From NCBI GenBank assembly GCA_035650375.1, contig DASRHW010000105.1, positions 4,858 to 68,857 of the forward strand: DNA of 64,000 nt, given 5' to 3'. A program made the position numbers and the translations under genes. The DNA is from Solirubrobacteraceae bacterium. GTDB taxonomy: Bacteria; Actinomycetota; Thermoleophilia; Solirubrobacterales; Solirubrobacteraceae. The notes beneath the pieces were generated by a model. That model worked only from the letters and a program-made list of their open reading frames with translations. It did no database searches and was not told the origin of the DNA. Shown here one piece after another: positions 1 through 8,296 of the stretch; the stretch's first letter is position 1, and every line of letters begins with the position of its first letter.

Positions 1-2
1 TG

Positions 3-884
3 TCGTTCGGCGAACTCGTCGAGGCCACGGGCAACCGCTACGCCGAGCACGCCACCGAGGCGAGGCTCACGGCACAACGCAAACAGGTCAAGGCGTCGCT
101 CGCTCGACTGAGGGCCGAAGTCGTCGCGGACGAGATCGACCTGTACGTCGTCATCGGCGACGACCAGCACGAGCTCTTCGACGAGGACAACACGCCCGCG
201 GTCGGCGTCTACTACGGCGCCGAGCTCGAGTTCACACCAGCGGGTCGTCGCGGTCGCTTCGGCGAGGCGGTCGGCGGCCTCGACGACGTGCATATCGGGT
301 ATGGCATGGACAAACGCAACCGCTGGCCAGGCCACGAGCCGTTCGCGCGCCACCTGATCGCATCGCTGCTCGAACGCCACTTCGATGTCGCCGCCGTGAA
401 GGATCCCGTCGAGCCCGCCGGCTTGGGACACGCCTACGGCGTGGTCGAATGCCAGGTGATGGAGACACCCGGCGACACCCCGCTGGTGCCGCTGATCGTG
501 AACACCTACTGGCCGCCGAACCAGGTCTCGCCCGAGCGCTGCTGGGAGCTCGGCCGTGCGCTCCGCGAGAGCATCGAGAGCTATCCCGAGGATCTCCGGG
601 TCGCCGTCGTCGCATCGGGAGGACTCAGTCATTTCGTCACCGACGAGGACCTCGACATGCGCACGCTCGGGCCACTGCGCGACGGCAATCCGCGCGGCCT
701 GCTCGACCTCCCCCTCCACCTGCTGAACTCGGGCAACTCCGAGATCCGCAACTGGATCGCGCTGGCCGCCTGCTGCGAAGATATGTCGTTGGCCTGGGAC
801 GAATACATCCCCGTCTACCGCACGGCCTGCGGGACAGGCTGCGGCATGGCGTTCGCCCGCTGGGGAGCGGCGCAGCCGGCGTAG
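3..884 (+). CDS. class III extradiol ring-cleavage dioxygenase, LigB family (5' end outside window)
   Basis: Frame 3 is open from the window edge to TAG 882-884. Translation (..DLYVVIGDDQHELFDEDNTPAVGVYYG..VVASGGLSHFVTDEDLD..IRNWIALAA..) resembles catalytic subunit B of protocatechuate 4,5-/gallate-type dioxygenases. Aldolase-like genes lie directly downstream. Confidence 0.75.
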   Translation, partial: SFGELVEATGNRYAEHATEARLTAQRKQVKASLARLRAEVVADEIDLYVVIGDDQHELFDEDNTPAVGVYYGAELEFTPAGRRGRFGEAVGGLDDVHIGYGMDKRNRWPGHEPFARHLIASLLERHFDVAAVKDPVEPAGLGHAYGVVECQVMETPGDTPLVPLIVNTYWPPNQVSPERCWELGRALRESIESYPEDLRVAVVASGGLSHFVTDEDLDMRTLGPLRDGNPRGLLDLPLHLLNSGNSEIRNWIALAACCEDMSLAWDEYIPVYRTACGTGCGMAFARWGAAQPA

Positions 885-891
885 CCGCACC

Positions 892-1518
892 ATGGGCCGA
901 TCGGCGACGTCATCCACGCTGGAGGGGCTCGATGCCGCGACCGTCCACGAGGCATACGGACGCCGCGGTGCGTTGCCGTCCGCGATCAGGCCCGTCGATC
1001 CGCGCTTTCGCGTCTGCGGCCCGGCGTTCACCGTGGACTGTCCGCCGATCGACAACCTGTGGATTCACCATGCGCTGTACGAGGCCGGCCCGGGGTCGGT
1101 GCTCGTGGTCGACACGCGTGGAGGACGCGAGGCCGGATACTGGGGAGAGATCCTCAGCGTCGCGGCGGTCGCGCGCGGCCTCGGCGGACTCGTCATCGAC
1201 GGCGGCGTTCGCGACGTCGACCGCCTGATCGACATCGGGCTTCCGATCTTCGCTGCCGGCGTGTGCCTCCGTGGCACGGGAAAGGACCCCGACGCGGACG
1301 GCCGCCTCGGCGAGCCCGTCGTCATCGGTACAACCCTGGTCCGCACCGGCGATGTGGTCGTCGGCGATCGCGACGGCGTCGTCGTCGTGGCGACCGAGGA
1401 CGCTGACGCAGTCGCCGACGCGGCGCGCGAGCGCCTGCGGAAAGAGGAGGACGTCATGACACAGCTCCGTGCAGGCGCCACCACCCTGGAGATCTACGGC
1501 CTTCCGCAGGTCGGATGA
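892..1518 (+). CDS. RraA-family protein / 4-hydroxy-4-methyl-2-oxoglutarate (HMG/CHA) aldolase-like, paralog 1
   Basis: 208 aa ORF with RraA-fold hallmarks (..GYWGEILSVAAVARG..VIDGGVRDVDRL..PIFA..). Its stop overlaps the next start (ATGA at 1515-1518). Confidence 0.8.
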   Translation: MGRSATSSTLEGLDAATVHEAYGRRGALPSAIRPVDPRFRVCGPAFTVDCPPIDNLWIHHALYEAGPGSVLVVDTRGGREAGYWGEILSVAAVARGLGGLVIDGGVRDVDRLIDIGLPIFAAGVCLRGTGKDPDADGRLGEPVVIGTTLVRTGDVVVGDRDGVVVVATEDADAVADAARERLRKEEDVMTQLRAGATTLEIYGLPQVG

Positions 1519-2180
1519 GCGGCGATCTCGTCGCCCGGCTGCGTGCGCTCGACGCGTGTGCGGTGTCGGATGCGCTCGAGCGCCACGGCCTCCCGCCGGC
1601 CGTCGTCGGGCTGGTCCAGATCGGTGCGGCGGCGGCGATCGCGGGCCGCGCCGTCACCGTCGAGCTGGGTCCGGTGACGCCCGAGCCATCCTCGCGTCAT
1701 CTGGGCACCGCCGCCATCGACGCCTCGGGGCCGGGGGATGTGATCGTGGTCGCAAACGACGGTCGTACAGACTGCGCCGCATGGGGCGGGCTTCTTTCCC
1801 AAGCGACGGCGCTACGTCAGATCGAAGGGGTGGTGATCGACGGCGCCTGCCGCGACGTGCCCGAGGCGCTCGAATCCGGCCTGCCGGTCTATGCGCGGGC
1901 GCCCGTTGCCGTCACGGCGCGCGGCCGCGTCGTGGAGCGCTCCTGGGGCGAGCCGATCCCAGTGGCGGGCACGACCGTTCGCCCCGGCGACCTCGTGTTC
2001 GCCGACGCCAGCGGTGTCGCGTTCATTCCGCAGAGCGCCGCGCAGCAGGTCATCTCGACCGCCGAGGAGATCGCGGCGCGCGAGCTCTCCATGGGCGCAG
2101 CACTTCGGGATGGACTCCCGGTCTCCGAGGTGATGGGCACGAGCTACGAAACCCTCCTCGCGCGACGGGAGCAGGGATGA
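1515..2180 (+). CDS. RraA-family protein / HMG-CHA aldolase-like, paralog 2
   Basis: 221 aa ORF (..AAWGGLLSQATALRQ..VIDGACRDVPEA..PVYA..). ATGA overlaps at both ends (1515-1518 and 2177-2180). Confidence 0.8.
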   Translation: MSGDLVARLRALDACAVSDALERHGLPPAVVGLVQIGAAAAIAGRAVTVELGPVTPEPSSRHLGTAAIDASGPGDVIVVANDGRTDCAAWGGLLSQATALRQIEGVVIDGACRDVPEALESGLPVYARAPVAVTARGRVVERSWGEPIPVAGTTVRPGDLVFADASGVAFIPQSAAQQVISTAEEIAARELSMGAALRDGLPVSEVMGTSYETLLARREQG

Positions 2181-2836
2181 CAGACGACAGCCGGCTGGCG
2201 CAGCTCGCATCGCTGACGACGTCCGGCGTCAGCGATGCCCTCGACCAGCTCGGCATCGCCGGACAGTGCTACGGGATCATGCCGCTGGACCGGTCGTTCC
2301 GGCTCGCCGGGCGAGCCTGGACATTGCGCTACGGGCCGGTCGGCGAGGACTCCGGGACGGTCGGCGACTACATCGACGACATCAGTCCCGGCCAGGTCGT
2401 CGTGCTCGACAACCAGCTGCGGACCGACGCCACGGTCTGGGGCGACCTGCTGACCACGACCGCCGCGGCCCGTGGCGTCGCGGGGACGATCATCGATGGG
2501 GTCTGCCGCGATCTCGATCGAAGCATCGAGCTCGGCTACCCCATCTTCAGCCGGGGCAACTGGATGCGCACCGGTAAGGACCGGGTCCGCGTCGAGGAGG
2601 TCGGCGGCCCGGTCACGATCGGCGGGATCCGCGTGCGACCGGACGATCTCCTCCTCGGTGATGGCGACGGCCTCGTCGTCGTGCCGGCCGGACGGGCCGA
2701 TGACGTGATCGCCGCGGCAGTGGAGATCGAGCACGCGGAGGCGGTCATCAGGGAGGCGATCGGCGCAGGTCAGGGGCTGCGACAGGCACGTGCCGCTGTG
2801 GGCTATCACGCCCTGCAGAGTCGTCGCCACCGGTAG
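2177..2836 (+). CDS. RraA-family protein / HMG-CHA aldolase-like, paralog 3
   Basis: Internal ATG of track ORF 1469..2836, chosen because it overlaps the upstream stop (ATGA). Translation MTDDSRLAQL..TVWGDLLTTTAAARG..IIDGVCRDLDRS..PIFS.. is RraA-like. The upstream part of the long ORF is Arg-rich out-of-context sequence. Confidence 0.75.
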   Translation: MTDDSRLAQLASLTTSGVSDALDQLGIAGQCYGIMPLDRSFRLAGRAWTLRYGPVGEDSGTVGDYIDDISPGQVVVLDNQLRTDATVWGDLLTTTAAARGVAGTIIDGVCRDLDRSIELGYPIFSRGNWMRTGKDRVRVEEVGGPVTIGGIRVRPDDLLLGDGDGLVVVPAGRADDVIAAAVEIEHAEAVIREAIGAGQGLRQARAAVGYHALQSRRHR

Positions 2837-2845
2837 CATCAACCG

Positions 2846-3787
2846 ATGGAGCTTCGTCACCTGCGGTACTTCGTGGCAGTCGCCGAAGAGATGCATTTTG
2901 GCCACGCGTCGAAGCGGCTCCACATCGTGCAGCCGGCGCTGAGCAAGCAGATCGCCGCGCTGGAACGCGAGCTCGGGGTCACGCTGTTCTCGCGAAGCAA
3001 GCACCGCATCTCGTTCACCCCCGCGGGCGAGGCGTTCTACGAGGAGGCCGTCGACATCCTGCGGCGGGTCGAGCACGCGACCCGCACGGCGAAGATGACC
3101 GACACCGGAGCGGTCGGCAGCCTCGACGTGGGCTTCATCGGCCCGGCCATGTTCAGCGTCCTCCCCTCGCTGCTCCGCGAGCATCGCCGACGGTTCCCCG
3201 GCGTGCGCTTCCAGCTTCACGAGATGGGCACCGTGCCCCAGATCCGGCGGCTCCAGGACGGCGCCTTCGACGCCGGCTTCGTCCACGCGTCCGGACCCGA
3301 GGAGGGCGTGAGCTTCAAGACGGTGTGGCGTGAGCCGTTCGTGATCGGGCTCCCGCACGAGCATCCGCTAGTGAGGGAGGACGTCGTCGATCTCGCCGCG
3401 TGCGCTGACGAGACGTTCGTGTTCATCGCACGCAAGGGGTCGCCTGGCCTCTTCGACCAGTGCCTCGCGCTGTGCCAGAGCCACGGGTTCACCCCGAGGG
3501 TGATCGAGGAGGGCGACAGCCCGTCAGCCCGGTACGGCATGGTCTCGGCCGGCATCGGCGTGACGATTGCGCCTGGATCGGTGATCAAGGGCGGCTGGCC
3601 GGACGTCGAGTTCCGTCACCTGACCGATGCGACCACCCAGATCGAGACCGCGTTCGCGTATTCGACGTCGAACCACTCTGCCACGCTCGCGGCACTGACC
3701 CAGACGCTGGACGAGGTGCTCGAGCATCTCGATCTGCCGGCGGGTCGGGAGCCGGAGACGGCGAACGCCGTCGAACCCGCCGCCTAG
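2846..3787 (+). CDS. LysR-family transcriptional regulator
   Basis: N-terminal wHTH MELRHLRYFVAVAEEMHFGHASKRLHIVQPALSKQIAALERELGVTLF is the classic LysR signature. The C-terminal substrate-binding domain has typical length (313 aa). Confidence 0.9.
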   Translation: MELRHLRYFVAVAEEMHFGHASKRLHIVQPALSKQIAALERELGVTLFSRSKHRISFTPAGEAFYEEAVDILRRVEHATRTAKMTDTGAVGSLDVGFIGPAMFSVLPSLLREHRRRFPGVRFQLHEMGTVPQIRRLQDGAFDAGFVHASGPEEGVSFKTVWREPFVIGLPHEHPLVREDVVDLAACADETFVFIARKGSPGLFDQCLALCQSHGFTPRVIEEGDSPSARYGMVSAGIGVTIAPGSVIKGGWPDVEFRHLTDATTQIETAFAYSTSNHSATLAALTQTLDEVLEHLDLPAGREPETANAVEPAA

Positions 3788-3863
3788 CACGCGCGACACA
3801 AGCTGCGTCCGCACGCTCACCGCGGCGCGCGAAGACGCGGCCCGGGCGCGCGCGCCCGCCAAC

Positions 3864-3880
3864 GTTCTGTATTACAGAAC
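3864..3880. promoter_or_regulatory. perfect 8-1-8 palindrome GTTCTGTA-T-TACAGAAC, candidate operator (distal)
   Basis: Read directly in the AT-richer intergenic region between the LysR gene and the FAH/gentisate operon. A near-identical copy lies 90 bp downstream. Confidence 0.45.
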
Positions 3881-3953
3881 GAGCGCGTTGCATCCGTCCC
3901 GAGCAACACAGAAAACTGTTAGGCTGAGCGCGGAATCAACGGGAGGACACTGT

Positions 3954-3970
3954 GTTCTGCATTCCAGAAC
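3954..3970. promoter_or_regulatory. palindrome GTTCTGCA-T-TCCAGAAC (7/8 arm match), candidate operator (proximal)
   Basis: Second copy of the GTTCTG..CAGAAC motif. It ends 25 nt upstream of the FAH start codon, just before the GGGGGAG ribosome-binding site. Confidence 0.4.
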
Positions 3971-3995
3971 GATCTGATCTGCCAGGGGGAGTTTG

Positions 3996-4874
3996 ATGAG
4001 TCGCATCGTGCGCTTCGGAGCCGGCAGCGTCGGCGTCCTTGACGGCGGCTCCGTGCGTGATCTCTCCTCGCTCGTCGACCCGCCGTTGCGTGGAACGCCG
4101 TACGCGATCAACGACCTGATCGCGCGCTGGGACGACGTCGCCGAGCAGGTCGCCGGCGTCGCCGCGTCAGCGCCGGCGATCAGCGTTGCGGAGGCCGGCC
4201 TGCTCGCGCCGATCACCCACCCACGCAACCTCTTCGCGGCACCGCTGAACTATCGTCCCCACGTCGCCGAGATGGTCGGCTCGCGACACGCGCCGACCGG
4301 GCTCAAGGCCCATCACAGCGCCGGCAACCTCGGCTTCTTCCTCAAGGCGCCGGGCTCGATCATCGGCCCGGGCGAGGCCGTCGAGCTGCCGCCGCTCCCG
4401 GGCCGCAGCTTCCATCACGAGATCGAGCTCGGCGTTGTGATCGGCCGCGAGGCTCGCGGCGTCTCGATCGACGAGGCGCTCGACCACGTCTTCGGCTACC
4501 TGTGCCTGCTCGACATCACGATGCGCACCGAGGGCGAGCAGCAGGAAGAGCGCGTCACGCGCAAGTCGTTTCAGACCTTCACGCCGCTGGGCCCATGGAT
4601 CGTCACCGCCGATGAGATCGACGACCCCGACGGCCTCGACCTGCAGCTCTGGGTCGGCGACGAGCTGCGCCAGTCGGCGAACACGCGCGACCTGATCGTC
4701 GGCGTCGCACAGCTGATCTCCGATGCCAGCCACGTGCTGACGTTGTCGCCGGGCGACATCTACGCGACCGGTACGCCGGACGGCGTCGGGCCGATCGTCC
4801 CGGGCGACACGATCCGCGCGGTCGTCGAGCAGGTCGGTGAAGTCGAGGTCGCAGTGGTCCAGCGAGCCTGGTGA
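3996..4874 (+). CDS. fumarylacetoacetate hydrolase (FAH) family protein, likely maleyl/fumarylpyruvate hydrolase
   Basis: C-terminal FAH domain motifs (..FHHEIELGVVIG..LLDITMR..KSFQTFTPLGPW..GDIYATGTPDGVGP..). ATG at 3996 is preferred over TTG at 3993, with GGAG 4 nt upstream. It lies immediately upstream of gentisate dioxygenase. Confidence 0.85.
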   Translation: MSRIVRFGAGSVGVLDGGSVRDLSSLVDPPLRGTPYAINDLIARWDDVAEQVAGVAASAPAISVAEAGLLAPITHPRNLFAAPLNYRPHVAEMVGSRHAPTGLKAHHSAGNLGFFLKAPGSIIGPGEAVELPPLPGRSFHHEIELGVVIGREARGVSIDEALDHVFGYLCLLDITMRTEGEQQEERVTRKSFQTFTPLGPWIVTADEIDDPDGLDLQLWVGDELRQSANTRDLIVGVAQLISDASHVLTLSPGDIYATGTPDGVGPIVPGDTIRAVVEQVGEVEVAVVQRAW

Positions 4875-4923
4875 TCCGAGCTGTGAGCGGCCGCATGATC
4901 GTCAATCAGAGCGAGGGAGTCCG

Positions 4924-6039
4924 ATGAGCATCAACATGAGCACCGCCTACACGGTGGACGTCGACTATCACGAGCTGTGCGGAGCCTTGGCGGCAAAGAG
5001 CATGCAGCCGCTGTGGCGGATGGCGAGCACCCTGCTCACCGACGTCCCGTTGCCGACGACGGAGGCCTGGCTCTGGAAGTGGCAGACGATCCTTCCACTC
5101 GCCAAGCGCGCGGGAGAGGTCGTGACCCTCGATCGCGGCGGTGATCGCCGGGTGCTGGCACTCGCCAACCCGGGGCTCGACGGCCTCCCGTTCACGAGCC
5201 GGACGCTGTGGAGCGCGATCCAGTACCTCGGCCCGCACGAGTCGGCGCCGGCGCACCGGCACTCGCCGGCCGCGATCAGGTTCGTGCTCAGCGGATCCGG
5301 AGCGGCGACGAGCGTCGAAGGCGATGCCTGCACGATGGCGCCCGGAGACCTGATCCTGACGCCGAATTGGAACTGGCACGACCACAACAACGCCGGCGAC
5401 GAACCCGTCGTCTGGTTCGACGGCCTCGACCTGCCGCTCGTCAGCACGCTCGAGACGATTTTCTTCGAGAACCATCCGCAGGAGACACAGGACATCGACG
5501 GCGCCAACGTTTCACAGGATCGCTTCGCGGCGCCTGGCCTGCGTGAGCTCGGCGTGCCGAGCCAACCCGCGCACTCACCGCTGCTGCGCTATCCCTGGGT
5601 TGACACCGATCGGGCGCTGACCGCGCTGCAGCAGCGCGACGACCGGCCACTCGTCAGCCTCGAATTCACGAATCCGACCACCGGTGGACCGGCACTGCCG
5701 AGCCTCGGCTGCGAGATGCACCGGCTGCGTCCCGGCGGGCGCACCGCCACGCGGCGAACGACCGGCAGCTCGGTCTACTGCGTGTTCGGCGGCTCTGGAA
5801 CGACCGTGATCGACGGCGAAGCGTTCGAGTGGGCCGCCGGCGACGTCTTCGTGACGCCGTCGTGGTCCCGCGTCGATCATCAGGCCCACGAGCCCGCCGA
5901 CGTGTTCGCGATCAGCGATCGTCCCGTGCTGCAACTGCTGCACCTGTACGCCGAGGAGGAGCTGGCCACCCCCCAGGAGGTCGAGCGCACGTTCGTCCCG
6001 GCCGGGCCGGAGACGGTGGTCGCCGAGGCGGTCACGTGA
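4924..6039 (+). CDS. gentisate 1,2-dioxygenase (bicupin)
   Basis: Motifs PLWRM.., HRHSPAAIRFVLSGSGAATSVEGD, GDLILTPNWNWHDHNN, VWFDGLDLPLV are characteristic of gentisate 1,2-dioxygenases. The start was trimmed to the ATG at 4924, preceded by GAGGGAG. Confidence 0.85.
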   Translation: MSINMSTAYTVDVDYHELCGALAAKSMQPLWRMASTLLTDVPLPTTEAWLWKWQTILPLAKRAGEVVTLDRGGDRRVLALANPGLDGLPFTSRTLWSAIQYLGPHESAPAHRHSPAAIRFVLSGSGAATSVEGDACTMAPGDLILTPNWNWHDHNNAGDEPVVWFDGLDLPLVSTLETIFFENHPQETQDIDGANVSQDRFAAPGLRELGVPSQPAHSPLLRYPWVDTDRALTALQQRDDRPLVSLEFTNPTTGGPALPSLGCEMHRLRPGGRTATRRTTGSSVYCVFGGSGTTVIDGEAFEWAAGDVFVTPSWSRVDHQAHEPADVFAISDRPVLQLLHLYAEEELATPQEVERTFVPAGPETVVAEAVT

Positions 6040-6854
6040 TCGATGCCGGCGACGCGATCGCGGTGGCGCGGCACGGTGCTGCCGGCGACTCGCCGAGCCT
6101 GCCCGCGTATCCCGTCGGGTCGGTGGACACGGCGATACGACTGCTGCTGATCGTCGCCGAGCGGGAGGAGGTCGGTGTCAGTGCGGCGGCCCGCGAGCTC
6201 GCGGTCGCACGTTCGACGGCGCACCGCCTGATGCAGATGCTGCAGTACCACGGGCTCGTCCAGCAGCGCCAAGAGACCAAGACCTACGTGCCGGGGCCGA
6301 CGCTGGCCAAGATCGGGTTGCTCGCATCGCGCAGCCTCGACATCCGCGCGGTCGCGCAACCGCGGATGGCGACGCTGATGGAGATCGCTGACGAGACGGT
6401 GCATCTGTTCACGCTCCGCGGCAGCGACGTCGTCTGCTTGCACTCGGTGGAGTGCAAGCGCCCGCTGCGCGTCGGCAGGCGCGTCGGTGAGTCGCTCCCG
6501 GCGTACGCGACCGCTGCAGGGCGCTGCCTGCTGGCCGGCATGGACTCGTCGCGGGTCCACGAGCTGTACCCGAGCGAGCAGCTGCCGGCGATTCAGCCGG
6601 GCACGATCGCGAGCCGCGACGCGCTCGAGCAGGAGCTCGAGCGCGTCCGCGATCGCGGCTTCGCGGTGCAGCAGCAGCAGACCGAGAGCGACGTCAACGC
6701 GATCGGCGCAGCGATCTACGATCGCCTCGGTCCGCCGACGCTGGCGATCACGATCTCGATGCCGAGCTCGCGCTTCGACGAGGCCGACGCCGACCGTCTC
6801 GGCAAGGCCGCCCGGGAGTGCGCTGACGGCATCGCATCAGCGCTCTCCTGGTAG
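6036..6854 (+). CDS. IclR-family transcriptional regulator
   Basis: The GTG start overlaps the dioxygenase stop (GTGA 6036-6039). HTH region SAAARELAVARSTAHRLMQMLQYHGLV and a C-terminal IclR effector domain (..LPAYATAAGRCLLA..) are present. Confidence 0.85.
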   Translation: MIDAGDAIAVARHGAAGDSPSLPAYPVGSVDTAIRLLLIVAEREEVGVSAAARELAVARSTAHRLMQMLQYHGLVQQRQETKTYVPGPTLAKIGLLASRSLDIRAVAQPRMATLMEIADETVHLFTLRGSDVVCLHSVECKRPLRVGRRVGESLPAYATAAGRCLLAGMDSSRVHELYPSEQLPAIQPGTIASRDALEQELERVRDRGFAVQQQQTESDVNAIGAAIYDRLGPPTLAITISMPSSRFDEADADRLGKAARECADGIASALSW

Positions 6855-6858
6855 ACGG

Positions 6859-7788
6859 CTACGCCGCGGGGGCGCCGAGCTCGAGCTTCGGCGGAGGCGA
6901 CGGCGGGACCTGTTGCTTCGCCGCCAGGTTCGCCTCCCACTCGGCCGCGATCGATTCCGCATCCCAACCGCCGTCACGGTAGGCCTGCTCGACGACCGCC
7001 GGATGAGAGAAGAGCGAGAGCCGGTCGCCCCCGACGCCGATCGCCTGGCCCGTGATCTCCGACGCCGCGTCAGAAGCGAGGAAGACGACGAGCGGGGCGC
7101 AGTCCTCCGGCCAGCCGATCGCGTAGTCACGGCGCAGCTGCCGAGGCAGCGGCTCGCCTCGTTCCAGCATCTCGAGCACAGGTGCGAACACCGGAATCGT
7201 GGCGACCATCTGCGTCCATGCGGTTGGGATCACGGCGTTGACAGTGATCTCCGCGCGCTTCAGCTCGAGCGCCCAGTTGCGCGCGAACGCGACGACGCCC
7301 GCCTTGGCGGCGGAGTAGTTGGTCTGGCCGAACGCCGGGAACTGCCCGGCGGGCGAGCCGATGACGATGATCCGACCGCCCTCTCCGCGTTCGCGCATGT
7401 GGATGGCTGCCGCACGGCCGCACGTGAACGTGCCGCGCAGATGCGTCCGGATGACGAGGTCGAAGTCCTCATCGGACATGTTCCACAGCGTCTTGTCACG
7501 CAGGACGCCGGCGTTCGTGACCATGACGTCAAGCTGGCCGAACTCGCCGACGGCGCGATCGACCAAGGCCTGCGCCGCGTCGGAGTCGCCGACCGGCACC
7601 ACCTCGGCGACGGCGCGACCGCCCGCCTCGGAGATCGCGGAGACGGTCTCGTCGGCAGCGTCCTTGTCGATGTCGTTGACCACCACCGCCGCACCCGCGG
7701 CCGCGAGCGCGACCGCGTAGGCCCGACCGAGGCCCGCGCCGCTACCGGTGACGACCGCCACTTTTCCGTTCAGGCTCACCGCACTCAT
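6859..7788 (-). CDS. SDR-family oxidoreductase with about 55-aa C-terminal extension (MFE-2/Hsd4A-like dehydrogenase)
   Basis: TGSGAGLGRAYA Rossmann motif, NAG, and YSAAK catalytic motif. The ATG at 7788 overlaps the stop of the upstream MaoC gene (ATGA). The track ORF extended to 8169 is an Arg-rich artefact. Confidence 0.85.
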   Translation of the reverse strand: MSAVSLNGKVAVVTGSGAGLGRAYAVALAAAGAAVVVNDIDKDAADETVSAISEAGGRAVAEVVPVGDSDAAQALVDRAVGEFGQLDVMVTNAGVLRDKTLWNMSDEDFDLVIRTHLRGTFTCGRAAAIHMRERGEGGRIIVIGSPAGQFPAFGQTNYSAAKAGVVAFARNWALELKRAEITVNAVIPTAWTQMVATIPVFAPVLEMLERGEPLPRQLRRDYAIGWPEDCAPLVVFLASDAASEITGQAIGVGGDRLSLFSHPAVVEQAYRDGGWDAESIAAEWEANLAAKQQVPPSPPPKLELGAPAA

Positions 7789-8252
7789 GCGTAGAACCGG
7801 ACCAGGCACTCGGCGGCGACGGTGGGACGCTCGGAGCCTTCGACCTCGATCGTCGCGACCAGCTTGACCTGCACGCCGCCCTTGACCTCGCCGACCGCGG
7901 CGATCTCGCCGTGGCATCGCCAGCGTGCGCCGACCGGGAGCGGAGCGGGGAAGCGAACCTTGTCGAGCCCGTAGTTGACGACCATCGCAGCGTCGGAGAC
8001 CTGCAGCAGCTGACCGATCGCGGGAAGCATCGCCAAGCTCAGGAACCCGTGGGCGACCGTCCCTCCGAACGGTGTGTCCTTTGCACGCTCGGGATCGACG
8101 TGGATGAAGTTGTAATCGTTCGTCAGATCCGCGAACCGGTTCACCTGGTCTTGCGTCATGACGACCCAATCCGTCGGCCCGAGCGTCGCTCCGGCGGCGC
8201 CGGGCAAACCGGCCATGTCAGTTCGCAGCTCGCCGCTGGTTGTGCTGGTCAT
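7785..8252 (-). CDS. MaoC-like (R)-specific enoyl-CoA hydratase (hot-dog fold)
   Basis: ..FADLTNDYNFIHVDPERAKDTPFGGTVAHGFL.. is the hydratase-2 motif. The start at 8252 is preceded by AAGGAG. Confidence 0.85.
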   Translation of the reverse strand: MTSTTSGELRTDMAGLPGAAGATLGPTDWVVMTQDQVNRFADLTNDYNFIHVDPERAKDTPFGGTVAHGFLSLAMLPAIGQLLQVSDAAMVVNYGLDKVRFPAPLPVGARWRCHGEIAAVGEVKGGVQVKLVATIEVEGSERPTVAAECLVRFYA

Positions 8253-8296
8253 GTGCTCTCCTTGGTCCTTGTCCGTACCGATACGTTGGTCTGCGC

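Noticed and set aside
1469-2836. N-terminal extensions of several track ORFs: 1469, 4837, 5829, 8169, 8438, 12014, 14867, 18868, 20140, 26835, 38986, 48880, 52179, 53948, 54417, 58642, 61419 and 63303.
   Set aside because: The extensions overlap the preceding gene or are Arg-rich and motif-free. Internal starts with a ribosome-binding site or a 4-nt overlap to the upstream stop give proteins of family-typical length.
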